Source of the DNA: an uncultured Gemmatimonadales bacterium
GTDB lineage: Bacteria; Gemmatimonadota; Gemmatimonadetes; Gemmatimonadales; Gemmatimonadaceae
Direction of reading: 5' to 3'
NCBI GenBank assembly: GCA_963850905.1
Contig: CAWKMU010000003.1
Span: 1,984,001-2,048,000, forward strand
Length of the DNA: 64,000 nt
The notes under the pieces: generated by a model
What the model saw: the letters and a program-made list of their open reading frames with translations, nothing else
Databases searched by the model: none
Told to the model about the DNA's origin: nothing
Position numbers and translations under genes: made by a program
Shown: positions 20,271 to 28,928 of the stretch, in pieces
Numbering within the stretch: the stretch's first letter is position 1
How the letters are laid out: each line of letters starts with the position of its first letter

Positions 20271-20575
20271 GGGCCGGTAGCTCAACAGGTAGAGCAGCGG
20301 ACTTCGAGAAAAATTGGAGCACCGCGCTGGAAACGGCGCGCGTGAATGCGCTCAACGTCGGCGAACGGTGTGAGATCCCAACGCCGAGCCAAGCCGGGAA
20401 GCCGTGTGCGAATCCCGGAAGGTGTAGAGACTCGACGGGCGCCACCTGACCGCGAGAGGCGCAGGTGAAGACAGAGTCCGGACCACGAACGCGCGGAGCT
20501 CGTTGTCTGCGCGGCGGCGAAAGCCGAAGTGGTGTGTTAATCCGCAGGTCGTGGGTTCGAGTCCCACCCGGCCTA
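20271..20575 (+). tRNA. tRNA-Lys(UUU), intron-containing (exon 1 20271-20304, exon 2 20537-20575; CCA not encoded)
   Basis: Joined exons give a 73-nt cloverleaf: acceptor GGGCCGG/CCGGCCT, discriminator A73, D arm GCTC/GAGC, anticodon stem GCGGA/TCCGC with loop CTT|TTAA, T arm GTGGG-TTCGAGT-CCCAC. Confidence 0.9.
20305..20536 (+). ncRNA. Group I self-splicing intron (IC3-like), 232 nt, no homing endonuclease
   Basis: P ctcaacgtcggcgaac, Q caacgccgagccaagc, R gaaggtgtagagactcgacgg, S gtgaagacagagtcc; P1 CUU/CGA..UUG-GAG with U-G at the splice site; P3 gcgctc/gggcgc, P7 gactc/gagtc, P8 cacctg/caggtg; terminal G. Confidence 0.9.
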
Positions 20576-20607
20576 TGCGCGCTTCGCGCGCATAGGGAAG
20601 AGCGATT

Positions 20608-20746
20608 CAGAAAGGAGAAAGGAGATACCGAGCATAGGCGGCCTGGACGGTGTGTGCGCCACGAGGCCGCGTTCCTCGGTCTCCTTTCTCCTTTCTCCTC
20701 TCGGTCCGTCAGCGTTCTCCCTCTGTCCTTGCTCCTCTCTCCTTTC
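20608..20746. repeat. Inverted AGAAAGG heptamer arrays downstream of the tRNA
   Basis: cagaaaggagaaaggaga (20608-20625) vs tctcctttctcctttctcct (about 20680-20699), with further pyrimidine units to ~20746. Confidence 0.6.
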
Positions 20747-21081
20747 CGCCGGCGCCCGAGCACGCGCTGCGTGCGCTCCCGTTCTCACGCGAATGTGCGG
20801 CAGCGTTCATTGCGGGAGCGCCATTATACGCGGACGTAGCAAACGATGCGCGCCAGGGACAGCGTGTCCGAAAATGTCGGGCGCGCGCGAGAATGTTTGC
20901 AAAATCTCTCTGGCTTTTTTTTCCAGGAGTCGCTACGTTGCGCGCCGTCGGAGCGGCGGGGTGGGCGGCGGTGTGGCGCTGGGCGGTGTGTATGCTCCGA
21001 CGGCAAGGACCGGAGCGGCCTACACTAAGGTGGGCCGTAGAGTGGATCACACCGGCATGATCGCTCGCCCCTCCTGAGGGG

Positions 21082-21180
21082 CTGCGACAAAGGCAAACCC
21101 GGCGAAAGCCGGCGACGCAAAGCTACGAGGCTTCGCCCCGCATCAAAGCCAGCGGGGCATGCCAGTCGAGCCGCCGAACA
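21082..21180 (+). ncRNA. Cyclic di-GMP-I (GEMM) riboswitch
   Basis: aaaGGCAAACCcggcGAAAgccggcGACGCAAAGCtac...gagccGCCGAA matches the GEMM core; ends ~7 nt before the AGGAGG RBS of the next gene. Confidence 0.88.
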
Positions 21181-21196
21181 GACAACAGGAGGTTGA

Positions 21197-22840
21197 ATGT
21201 CGCGGACGATTCGTCGCCCCGCGCGGGTGTGGGCATGCGTGCCCCCGACCTGTGCCGCTGTTGTGGCTTGCCTAGCGGCCGCCTGCTCGGACCCTGCTGG
21301 ACCTCATCTGCAATCGCCCGCGTCGCCGGCCACGACGCCCCGCACCTTCGTAGTCGCCCCCGAAGGCCGCATCGACGCGCCGGGCACCAGCACCGCGCCG
21401 ATCTCCCTCGGCCGCGCGATCGCGATGGCGCCCACCGGCTCGACGATCCAGCTCGCGGCCGGCACGTACTCGACGCCAGGACTCACGATCGATCGGTCGC
21501 TCACGCTGCAGGCGGCGCCAGGCGCGACCGTGCAGCTCGAGGGCAGCACGCTGATCCCCGCCGATCAGTGGGAGCCTGCCGCACACGGATGGCGCACACC
21601 CTGGACGGCTGCCGCCCTCGTGCCGGCCGCCACTCCATCCATGCGAACGTCGGCGCGGGCGGCCGTCTCGCAGCAACGACTGCTCGCCGACGGGCGCGTG
21701 CTCACGCCCGCGAGCTCGGCCGCCGCCGTGGGTGTCACCAGCTTCTACGTCGACACCACCGACAAATGGCTCTACGTCGGACAGGACCCGGCGCTCCACC
21801 CGGTGCAAACCGGATCGGCTGACATCGGCCTGCTCGTGAAGGCGCCGAACGTCACACTCATCGGCGTCAGCGTCCACGCGTTCGCCTCGATCGGACTCAG
21901 AGTCTCCAGTGAACACACCACGATCTCTGGCGGCACCTACTCGTACAACGGCCTCATTGGGCTCGACGTCAACGGGGCGAGCTACCTCACTGTCCAGAAC
22001 GCGAGGATGACCTACAATGGCCAGGTGGGGGTCGAGGCCAGCCACTCGAGCAACATCACCATCCTGGACAATGACATCAGCAACAACAACACCGGCAACT
22101 ATAGCGTCTCGCAGGAAGCTGCCGGGTTGAAGGGCACGAACATCAGCAACATCACGGTGCGCGGAAACTGGGTGGCGGACAACGCCTCGAACGCGATCTG
22201 GTTCGACGAAAACTCGACCGGCGTCGTCGTGGCGGCCAATCAGGTGCTGCGCAACAAGTGCTACGCCATCTATTTCGAGCTGAACACCGGGCCGCTCATC
22301 GTCGGCAACCTGGTCTACGACAACGTTCAAGCCGGCATCGGCGTGCACTTCACGACGTACGCGGGAATCTACAACAACACGTTGGTGAACAACGGCACGA
22401 ATCTCGACGTCAGCGCATCGTACGATCGGTTACCGTACGACACGTACCAGGCGACCATTGTCAACAACATCTTCTGGAACGCGGGGTCGCTCCTGGTCAA
22501 CCTCTATCGCTACAACGGGTGCAACAGCTGGGTGTACAAGCAGGTCGATTACAATGCGTATTATCGTAGCAACGGGAGCTCGCCCAAGTACGTCGTGAAC
22601 TGGTGCAACGCGTGGTATAGCAACGTCTCGGCGTTCCACAGCGGTACCGGCTACGAAGCCCACGGGATCGAGTATGACAATGGGAGTGATCCCTACTTCG
22701 TGAACGCCGCCGCCGGGGATTACCACCTCCGCTCGGGGAGCCCGGCTTATCATCGCGGCGTGGGTCTTCCCAGCGCCGCCGCCGCTGCACTCGGCGTTAC
22801 GCCCGGGGTGACCGTGTCGATGGGCGCGTTGCAGAACTGA
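21197..22840 (+). CDS. Right-handed parallel beta-helix (pectin-lyase fold) lipoprotein
   Basis: Lipobox LAAAC; Asn-rich coil repeats (IWFDEN, IYFELN, IYNNTLVNN, IVNNIF); DP.FVN...DYHL..GSPA; MGALQ end. Confidence 0.8.
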   Translation: MSRTIRRPARVWACVPPTCAAVVACLAAACSDPAGPHLQSPASPATTPRTFVVAPEGRIDAPGTSTAPISLGRAIAMAPTGSTIQLAAGTYSTPGLTIDRSLTLQAAPGATVQLEGSTLIPADQWEPAAHGWRTPWTAAALVPAATPSMRTSARAAVSQQRLLADGRVLTPASSAAAVGVTSFYVDTTDKWLYVGQDPALHPVQTGSADIGLLVKAPNVTLIGVSVHAFASIGLRVSSEHTTISGGTYSYNGLIGLDVNGASYLTVQNARMTYNGQVGVEASHSSNITILDNDISNNNTGNYSVSQEAAGLKGTNISNITVRGNWVADNASNAIWFDENSTGVVVAANQVLRNKCYAIYFELNTGPLIVGNLVYDNVQAGIGVHFTTYAGIYNNTLVNNGTNLDVSASYDRLPYDTYQATIVNNIFWNAGSLLVNLYRYNGCNSWVYKQVDYNAYYRSNGSSPKYVVNWCNAWYSNVSAFHSGTGYEAHGIEYDNGSDPYFVNAAAGDYHLRSGSPAYHRGVGLPSAAAAALGVTPGVTVSMGALQN

Positions 22841-22848
22841 TCACTACG

Positions 22849-22958
22849 AGGGATCAGGGGTCAGGGGTTGGGGTCGGGGACGGACCGCAAGGCCAGTGGC
22901 GGCGCGACGTCACCGACCTCGAAGGTTGTTCCCTCACCCCTGATACCTGACCCCTGAC
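22849..22958. repeat. Inverted GGGGTCA heptamer arrays between convergent genes
   Basis: agggatcaggggtcaggggttggggtcgggga vs tccctcacccctgatacctgacccctgac. Confidence 0.7.
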
Positions 22959-22974
22959 ACCGCCGTTATCGCAC

Positions 22975-25275
22975 TTACCGACTCCCCGCCGAGTGTTCAT
23001 TCCATCGGCCGTCGACCGCCAGATAGTCGCCCGACGTCGCAACGTTTTCCGTCTCGGGGGGCGTCGCAACCCGGAACGGCAAAGCGACGGTGAACGTCGT
23101 CCCAAGGCCGAACTGGCTCCGGACATCGATCCGTCCGCCGAGCTGTTGCACGAGGCGACGGGTGATGCTCAGGCCCAGCCCGGTCCCGCCGAACTCGCGC
23201 GTGCGCGACTGGTCGAGCTGCCGGAAGTCTTCCCAGATCGACGCCAGGTCCTGTGCACGGATCCCGATGCCGGTATCGGTGACCTCGAACAGCACGCAGT
23301 CAGTCCGGGTCGTGCTCGTGAGCGTCACATGACCGGTCTGCGTGAATTTCACGGCGTTGGAGAGGAGGTTGAGCAGGATCTGGCGAACCTTGATGCCGTC
23401 CGTGTACATGATGGGCGGTTCGCCGACGACTTTGCTGTCGAACGCCAGTCCCTTCTTGCGTACCATCGGCTCGATCTGCCGCGCCACCTCGCCAAGCACA
23501 TCCCGCAACGTCACATCGCTCAGATGGATCGGCATCTTGCCCGCTTCGATCCGAGCGAGATCAAGGATGTCGCTGATCAACTCGAGCAAGTGACGCGCCG
23601 ACGAGCGGATGCGATTGAGACCATCCTCCTGCCCCGGCGTCAGCTCACCGTAGATGCGATCGAGCATGAGCGACGTGTAGCCCAACAAGGCGTTGATTGG
23701 CGTGCGGAGCTCGTGGGACATGCTCGCCAGGAAGTCGGACTTGAGCTTGTTGGCCTTCTCCACCTCCTGCGACTGCCACTGCAAGCGCGCGTTCTGCGCC
23801 GCCAGGTCTGCCGTCGCCGCCGCGACCCGCTGTTCGAGCTCGCTGTTCAGTTGCTTGAGGGCTTCGTAGAGGCGCTCGTTGTCCGCCTGCTTCGTGAGAT
23901 CGTGCAGCACCGACACGATCGCCATGGACTCGCCCCGCTCATTGAGGATCTTGCCCGAAACGACCTCCATCGGGATGTCCACATTGGAGTCCGGATGTGT
24001 GAGCCGCATCTGCGCCCGCAACGCCCGGCTCTTGTCAATGGTGAAATCCGAGATGAAGCTCGTGAATTTGGTGTCGTTCTCCCGAACGGCAATGTGTCGC
24101 GCGCTGCCAATCGGCTCGTCGCCGCCAATGGCAAAAAGCCGCGCGGCCTGGTCGTTCATCAGGATGATGTCCGATCGATCGTCGGTCACGAGGATCGGAT
24201 CGGCCACGTTCGCAAGAATGAGGTTCAAGCGGTCGCGCTCGCGCGTGGCGTCCATCTCGGCAAGCCGGCCTCGCTGCACCTGCCGCTCCAGCTCGTGCGC
24301 CGCGCGACGCAAGTCGGTGACGTTGCGGAGCACGGACAGCACTCGACCCCCGTGCGGCCCGGTCTCGCTCAAGGGGTGCGTCAGCACCTCGAGGAGCAGA
24401 TCCGTGCCCTCGTCCGGATCGACCAGATTGAGCTCGCGCGCACTGGCCGGCGTACCGCCCGTCATGACCGATCGGGCGAGAAACGATGTGAAGAGCAGAT
24501 TGTTGATTTCCACCGCGTGGCGGCGGCCGCCCGAATCCGACTCTCCGGCAATCAGCAGGTGCTCCGCTTGATGATTCTGTACGACGATGTCGTTGTCGGG
24601 ATCAGTGATGACGATCGGATCGGGAAGTGCATCGACGATTGTCTGCACCAGTTGCACCCTGGCGTCGAGGCGCTCGGCTGCACACCGGAAGGACTCCTCC
24701 GAGGCCAACCGAGCCAGGATGGGGCCGGCCAGCGTCACCACACGATCGATGGCATCGATCACCTCGGGGGCCGAGCCTCGCGTCTCGAGCACCACCACCC
24801 CAGCTGGTGCCCGGCCCAATCGTTGTGGTCGATCCGTAGCCGGCGGATGGAGGCAACAGCCCGGCGGCACATCGCGGCTCATGTGTTCGGCGATGAACCC
24901 GACCATGCCGCGGCGCTGCGGCTGGGCGAATGGCAACGCGACCCAGGGCGAAGCGGGAGGGTCCTGCCGAAAATTGAATCGCCCGTCCGAGCTGACGGGG
25001 CGCAGCGACAGCGCAGACATCACGATCGGGTGGCTGGCATCATCGGTGGCAAACGTCAGCCGCGGTGTTCCGTTCCGCTCGGCGCCCGACCGCACGACCT
25101 CTACCAGTTGCTCCCCCGCCAACACGAAGAGGGCGCCCCCGGTGCACCCGAGCACCTCGCCCACCTGCTCGAGAAGGAACTCACCCGCCGACGCGAGATC
25201 GGGTGCCTCGGCAAGGGAGGACAGGAACTCCGGCAACCGCTCCACCGCGATCAATCCAGTGGCCGGCGCAGCCAT
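22975..25275 (-). CDS. Cytoplasmic sensor histidine kinase with two PAS domains
   Basis: LPDPIVITD and VADPILVTD PAS starts, FLASMSHELRTP, NLLSNAVKFT, DTGIGI, GGTGLGL; no TM segment evident. Confidence 0.9.
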   Translation of the reverse strand: MAAPATGLIAVERLPEFLSSLAEAPDLASAGEFLLEQVGEVLGCTGGALFVLAGEQLVEVVRSGAERNGTPRLTFATDDASHPIVMSALSLRPVSSDGRFNFRQDPPASPWVALPFAQPQRRGMVGFIAEHMSRDVPPGCCLHPPATDRPQRLGRAPAGVVVLETRGSAPEVIDAIDRVVTLAGPILARLASEESFRCAAERLDARVQLVQTIVDALPDPIVITDPDNDIVVQNHQAEHLLIAGESDSGGRRHAVEINNLLFTSFLARSVMTGGTPASARELNLVDPDEGTDLLLEVLTHPLSETGPHGGRVLSVLRNVTDLRRAAHELERQVQRGRLAEMDATRERDRLNLILANVADPILVTDDRSDIILMNDQAARLFAIGGDEPIGSARHIAVRENDTKFTSFISDFTIDKSRALRAQMRLTHPDSNVDIPMEVVSGKILNERGESMAIVSVLHDLTKQADNERLYEALKQLNSELEQRVAAATADLAAQNARLQWQSQEVEKANKLKSDFLASMSHELRTPINALLGYTSLMLDRIYGELTPGQEDGLNRIRSSARHLLELISDILDLARIEAGKMPIHLSDVTLRDVLGEVARQIEPMVRKKGLAFDSKVVGEPPIMYTDGIKVRQILLNLLSNAVKFTQTGHVTLTSTTRTDCVLFEVTDTGIGIRAQDLASIWEDFRQLDQSRTREFGGTGLGLSITRRLVQQLGGRIDVRSQFGLGTTFTVALPFRVATPPETENVATSGDYLAVDGRWNEHSAGSR

Positions 25276-25302
25276 ACCGGGATCGCCCGCATCTCTAGCG
25301 CG

Positions 25303-25608
25303 CTAAGTCGCCGCGAGTTGCTCGATCCGCCGACGCAACTCGTGGTTCTCGCGCTGCACCCGCTCCAGCTCCGAATCCGCTCCGGTGCCAAGTTCGCGCG
25401 GCCGGGCCGACGGCGACGTGATACCAACGGCTTCCGAGTACTTCAGGTACGTGTCGATCGACGCGACGACGATACGGGCCTCCACGGTCACCAGATCAAT
25501 GCCGACGAGCGAGACTCGAACCCACGCGTCGATCACGATGCCTTTGTCGAGTACCCGGTCCAGGACATCGATCAGTGAACTGCCACTCGGCGTACGTTCT
25601 ACCGCCAT
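25303..25608 (-). CDS. gvpA: Gas vesicle structural protein GvpA with C-terminal coiled-coil tail
   Basis: [53 protein letters not shown]. Confidence 0.95.
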   Translation of the reverse strand: MAVERTPSGSSLIDVLDRVLDKGIVIDAWVRVSLVGIDLVTVEARIVVASIDTYLKYSEAVGITSPSARPRELGTGADSELERVQRENHELRRRIEQLAAT

Positions 25609-25635
25609 ACTCGATTCTCCCGGTGTAACGAGGGC

Positions 25636-26049
25636 TTATGGCCGCCCGTGCGGATGAGGGGACTGGGGATGGACGTGATGCGACGAGGATGTGGAATCGG
25701 TCAAGCTCCCAACCGGCGTCGATGACTCTGTCGCGGCCGGTCGGGCGACAAGCAACTCGAGCTGCCGCTCAATGCGCGCCAGCCGGTGCTCGACGTCAGC
25801 AGACGGAAGCCCATCGGCCGGTCTCGCGCTCGCTGGAAGCGAAAGTCGCGGGTCCGCACGCCACCAATTGAGGCCGATTTGCTCGGCCTTGTCTATCGAA
25901 CAGACGAGCAGGCGCACCTGCACCGTCAGCAACTCGACGTTCGCAAGATTGATCTTGATGTCGCCGGCGATGACCAAGCCCTTGTCCAGGACGCGATCGA
26001 GGACATCGACGAGGCCGTGCGTTCGTGTTGGTGAGACGAGCTCGGGCAC
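25636..26049 (-). CDS. gvpJ: Gas vesicle protein GvpJ (GvpA family)
   Basis: [19 protein letters not shown]...VELLTVQVRLLVCSIDKA..IGLNWW..DP.L. Confidence 0.85.
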   Translation of the reverse strand: MPELVSPTRTHGLVDVLDRVLDKGLVIAGDIKINLANVELLTVQVRLLVCSIDKAEQIGLNWWRADPRLSLPASARPADGLPSADVEHRLARIERQLELLVARPAATESSTPVGSLTDSTSSSHHVHPQSPHPHGRP

Positions 26050-26121
26050 GCTAGTGCTCTCCTCGTGACAGGGTCGTGGATGCGATCACGGCCGGCTCGG
26101 GAACGTGTCGCTGCGCCGCGT

Positions 26122-26484
26122 TCACGCCAATCTCCCCAGGGGACCCAGGTCGATCTCGAGATCCTTGTCGGTCAAGCCGAAGGCTCCCTTCAACTCGCCC
26201 ATCTTGTCATTCAACCGCATCAACGCCACCCCCAGCCGCTCGATCTCCTCGTCCGACAATCGTCCGCCATCCATCCGGCGCACCGCCTGATGTTCGAGCA
26301 CCTTCCGGATCACGTCTACAAGAGCGAGTACGAGGCGCGCGAGCCCTTGCTCCGCACCTTCTGGATCCGCATTGATGCGTTGTGGAAGGGTGCGCGAGAC
26401 CGCGCGCACGGCGTCCTGGAGCGCCTCGAGGTCGGCGTCGTCCGTGTCGACCTCACCGCGCTGCACAGTCACCGTTGTCGTCAC
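26122..26484 (-). CDS. gvpK: Gas vesicle protein GvpK
   Basis: GLARLVLALVDVIRKVLEHQAVRRMDGG.L...EIERLG...DLEIDLGPLGRL. Confidence 0.9.
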   Translation of the reverse strand: MTTTVTVQRGEVDTDDADLEALQDAVRAVSRTLPQRINADPEGAEQGLARLVLALVDVIRKVLEHQAVRRMDGGRLSDEEIERLGVALMRLNDKMGELKGAFGLTDKDLEIDLGPLGRLA

Positions 26485-26519
26485 TCAGACGGAGATACCC
26501 CACAGCACGACATTCGGCC

Positions 26520-27326
26520 TCACGGCGCGCTTCCGCCGCCAGCATCGGACGCCGGCGGCCCGGGCATTGGAGAAACGAACGAGTAGGGCGCATGAGGTCC
26601 TAAAAGAAGCACTCGGATCAATGAGTGTGCAATCTCGACCCGAGAAACGCTGCTGCGGTAGATGGAAACCGTGTCCCTGGCGACGAGATGAGAAAGTACG
26701 GTGGCGGACGGAGCGCGCTGCGAGTAGACCGCTTCCTCGCGGATCAGCGCACCGGCAGCCTCGCGCAACTGCATGCGAAACGGCTCGATCAGCTCACGCA
26801 GTCGACGGCGCGCGCGGATCGGGCCTGCCAAGCCTGACAAATATGCATATCCCATGCCGGTCGAGCTCGCTGGCGGGCTCGCGTGTCCGGCATCCGCCGT
26901 CGGTGGATGGTCGGCCGCCGCGTCGGCGTGCGCCTCGCCATCCCTTGAAGTCAGTACCAACGACATCTCCAACGCGTCCCTGATCCGACGCCACACAGGT
27001 CGCAGCGACACCAGCCGGCTGCGGTAATCGGCTTCCAATGCGACGTCGTCCTCGAAGAGCTGTCCGAACCGAGCGGGAAGCACGTCGTCACCCATCGAGA
27101 GTATGGTGTCGCACACGTGATCGTGCTCGCTCACGTGTGCGGCCGTGACCGAGGGCGGTGCCTCCACGGTGCTCACCCACGCCACCGGTGGTCTGTCCTC
27201 GAGCGCGCCATCGCCTGGCAGCGGGACTTTGCGAATCGGAATACCCCCGAGCCCCAGGGGAACGTCGGAATCCTGCGCGGCGTGGTCCTGGCTCGACCGG
27301 CTAAGACAGTAGAGATAGATCGCCAC
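26520..27326 (-). CDS. GvpL/GvpF-family gas vesicle protein
   Basis: IYLYCL start, EHDHV, VLPARFG, GPHAPYSF. Confidence 0.75.
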   Translation of the reverse strand: MAIYLYCLSRSSQDHAAQDSDVPLGLGGIPIRKVPLPGDGALEDRPPVAWVSTVEAPPSVTAAHVSEHDHVCDTILSMGDDVLPARFGQLFEDDVALEADYRSRLVSLRPVWRRIRDALEMSLVLTSRDGEAHADAAADHPPTADAGHASPPASSTGMGYAYLSGLAGPIRARRRLRELIEPFRMQLREAAGALIREEAVYSQRAPSATVLSHLVARDTVSIYRSSVSRVEIAHSLIRVLLLGPHAPYSFVSPMPGPPASDAGGGSAP

Positions 27327-27387
27327 GCTGAGTCCTGCGCCTGATCGCGGTGCTTCGACGCCGACAGCGGCGCCTGGGCCGCGCGGG

Positions 27388-27684
27388 CTATTGCCCGTCG
27401 GGGTCGCGACCGCGCCGCCCCATCGCACTCTCGACGGCGCTGAGGACGAGTCGCAGATCGAGCTGCACCAGGTCAATGTCGGCAACGGCGAGCGTCACCG
27501 ATCCGGTGACCACCAAGCCCTGATCCAGCACGCGGTTGAGCAGATCACTCAGTACGAGGCGGCGGTCGTCGCCGGAGAACTCATCGAGCGTCGCTCCCTG
27601 ACCGGCAGATTGGACCACCGGGGATGCCATCGAGTCCGGGGCATCGAGGCGCGGCGTGCCGAGACCTCGCGTCGTCCCCGTCAC
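27388..27684 (-). CDS. GvpA-family accessory protein (GvpS/GvpM-like)
   Basis: LSDLLNRVLDQGLVVTGSVTLAVADIDLVQLDLRLVLSAVE; GTG start overlaps the upstream stop. Confidence 0.8.
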   Translation of the reverse strand: MTGTTRGLGTPRLDAPDSMASPVVQSAGQGATLDEFSGDDRRLVLSDLLNRVLDQGLVVTGSVTLAVADIDLVQLDLRLVLSAVESAMGRRGRDPDGQ

Positions 27685-28520
27685 ATCGATCCCGGGTTCC
27701 GCGGCGTGATGGCCGCAGTTGGCGCGGCGGAACCGTCGTCCGACGCGCCCACGAAGTGGTAGGGCGCCCAAGGCCCGGTGAACTCGAAACGAAAGCCTCG
27801 CGGGCCGAAGTCCGCAACTAGTCCGGTGACCGCCAGGCGGAATGCCTCGACCTGCGGCCCGGCGATAAGGAACGAAGCGTTCAGCACCGCGTGTCCCGGC
27901 GCCGCCGGTTGGGACGCCACCGCGTCGCGAACAGAGCTGCGGGCGATTGCAGCGAGCACGGTGAACGCCGCTTTCGCGACCTCGTAGCCGACCCGCTCGA
28001 TCTCAGCACGTCGGGCTTGTTCGAGCTTCCGATCCAGCAAGTAGCGCTGGCCAGGTGACGCCTGGGCGGCGCGCGACTCGAGATCCGCAATCTCGTGGCT
28101 GTGCGTGGACAGCAATGCGAGGAGCGCCTGATCCAGTCGATAGACTCGGACCGTGTACTCGCGCGCGTCGCCAAGCCATTGCAGCGTTTCATCGAGCTCG
28201 ACGCGACGCCGAGCGAGCATCTGCTGCACGCCAGCGGCATCGTGAAACAGCGAAAACAGCGGCAACGGGATGACCGCGGCGTGATCCACCGCCCACGTCA
28301 TCACCCGGTCGTGAGCGCTCGCGCGGTCCCCGAGCCACTCCAGGTCCTGACTCTGTTCCGCGACAAGAGCGGGATCGTATTTCGTCTCGTCGATTGGCGT
28401 CACGATCGCCGCGATATCACCACTTCGCACCACGGCAACGGGTCCGTCGTCGACGCCACTCGGCGCGCCTTCGGGGTCGAACGACCCCCGCACGATGGCA
28501 TACGCGTAGAAGGCAGTCAC
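27681..28520 (-). CDS. GvpL/GvpF-family gas vesicle protein (GvpL-like)
   Basis: FYAYAIV, LEWL...AHDRV, PGQRYL, VLNASFL, FTGPWAPYHF. Confidence 0.85.
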   Translation of the reverse strand: MTAFYAYAIVRGSFDPEGAPSGVDDGPVAVVRSGDIAAIVTPIDETKYDPALVAEQSQDLEWLGDRASAHDRVMTWAVDHAAVIPLPLFSLFHDAAGVQQMLARRRVELDETLQWLGDAREYTVRVYRLDQALLALLSTHSHEIADLESRAAQASPGQRYLLDRKLEQARRAEIERVGYEVAKAAFTVLAAIARSSVRDAVASQPAAPGHAVLNASFLIAGPQVEAFRLAVTGLVADFGPRGFRFEFTGPWAPYHFVGASDDGSAAPTAAITPRNPGSM

Positions 28521-28873
28521 TCCGTGCCGGAACTGTCCGTGGAAGGCAATTGCCCTGCTTCACCGGCCTGCTCGCCCTCAACGCCAGTCCGCGACACGCG
28601 CACAGGTCCACCACTCGTCTCGCGCCCGAGTTTCTCCCGCCACGCCCGGACCTCACGGAGTCGAGCCATGAGATCCGCCTCGCCGTTGCGATACTGGGCA
28701 TCGTCGATCTCGCCCAATTCGAGGCGCATCTCGAGCTCCATGAGCTCCTGTTTGATCGGCGTGTCGTCCGTCAGCTCCTCGTCGACGACGCGTTGGACCT
28801 GCCGCAGGGACCATTGGATCCCGGCGACGGGTCCGGACACAGGAAAGGTGAGGAGCGAGGTGAGAAGGCCCAC
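28517..28873 (-). CDS. gvpG: Gas vesicle protein GvpG
   Basis: LLTFPVSGP..GIQW...DEEL.D...IKQELMELE..LELGEID..QY...E..L..RL. Confidence 0.82.
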   Translation of the reverse strand: MGLLTSLLTFPVSGPVAGIQWSLRQVQRVVDEELTDDTPIKQELMELEMRLELGEIDDAQYRNGEADLMARLREVRAWREKLGRETSGGPVRVSRTGVEGEQAGEAGQLPSTDSSGTE

Positions 28874-28928
28874 GCGATGGTCCCTGCCGGTACGAATGGG
28901 AGTGCGCCGCGCGCCCAGCGCGCGACTG

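Noticed and set aside
20271..20575. Reading the split tRNA as tRNA-Asn(GUU) using gtgtGTTaa
   Set aside because: This needs either an intron ending in T or a 5' splice after C, which breaks the terminal G or the P1 U-G pair; the GGG acceptor start and A73 fit Lys, not Asn
20092..21077. ORF-track proteins across the tRNA, intron and repeats, including a possible homing endonuclease
   Set aside because: They are low-complexity translations of structured RNA and repeats; the intron is only 232 nt and shows no LAGLIDADG/HNH/GIY-YIG motif
22993..25578. 861-aa plus-strand ORF, and similar long ORFs antisense to lon, ffh and susC
   Set aside because: Shadow frames of well-supported genes, typical of high-GC DNA
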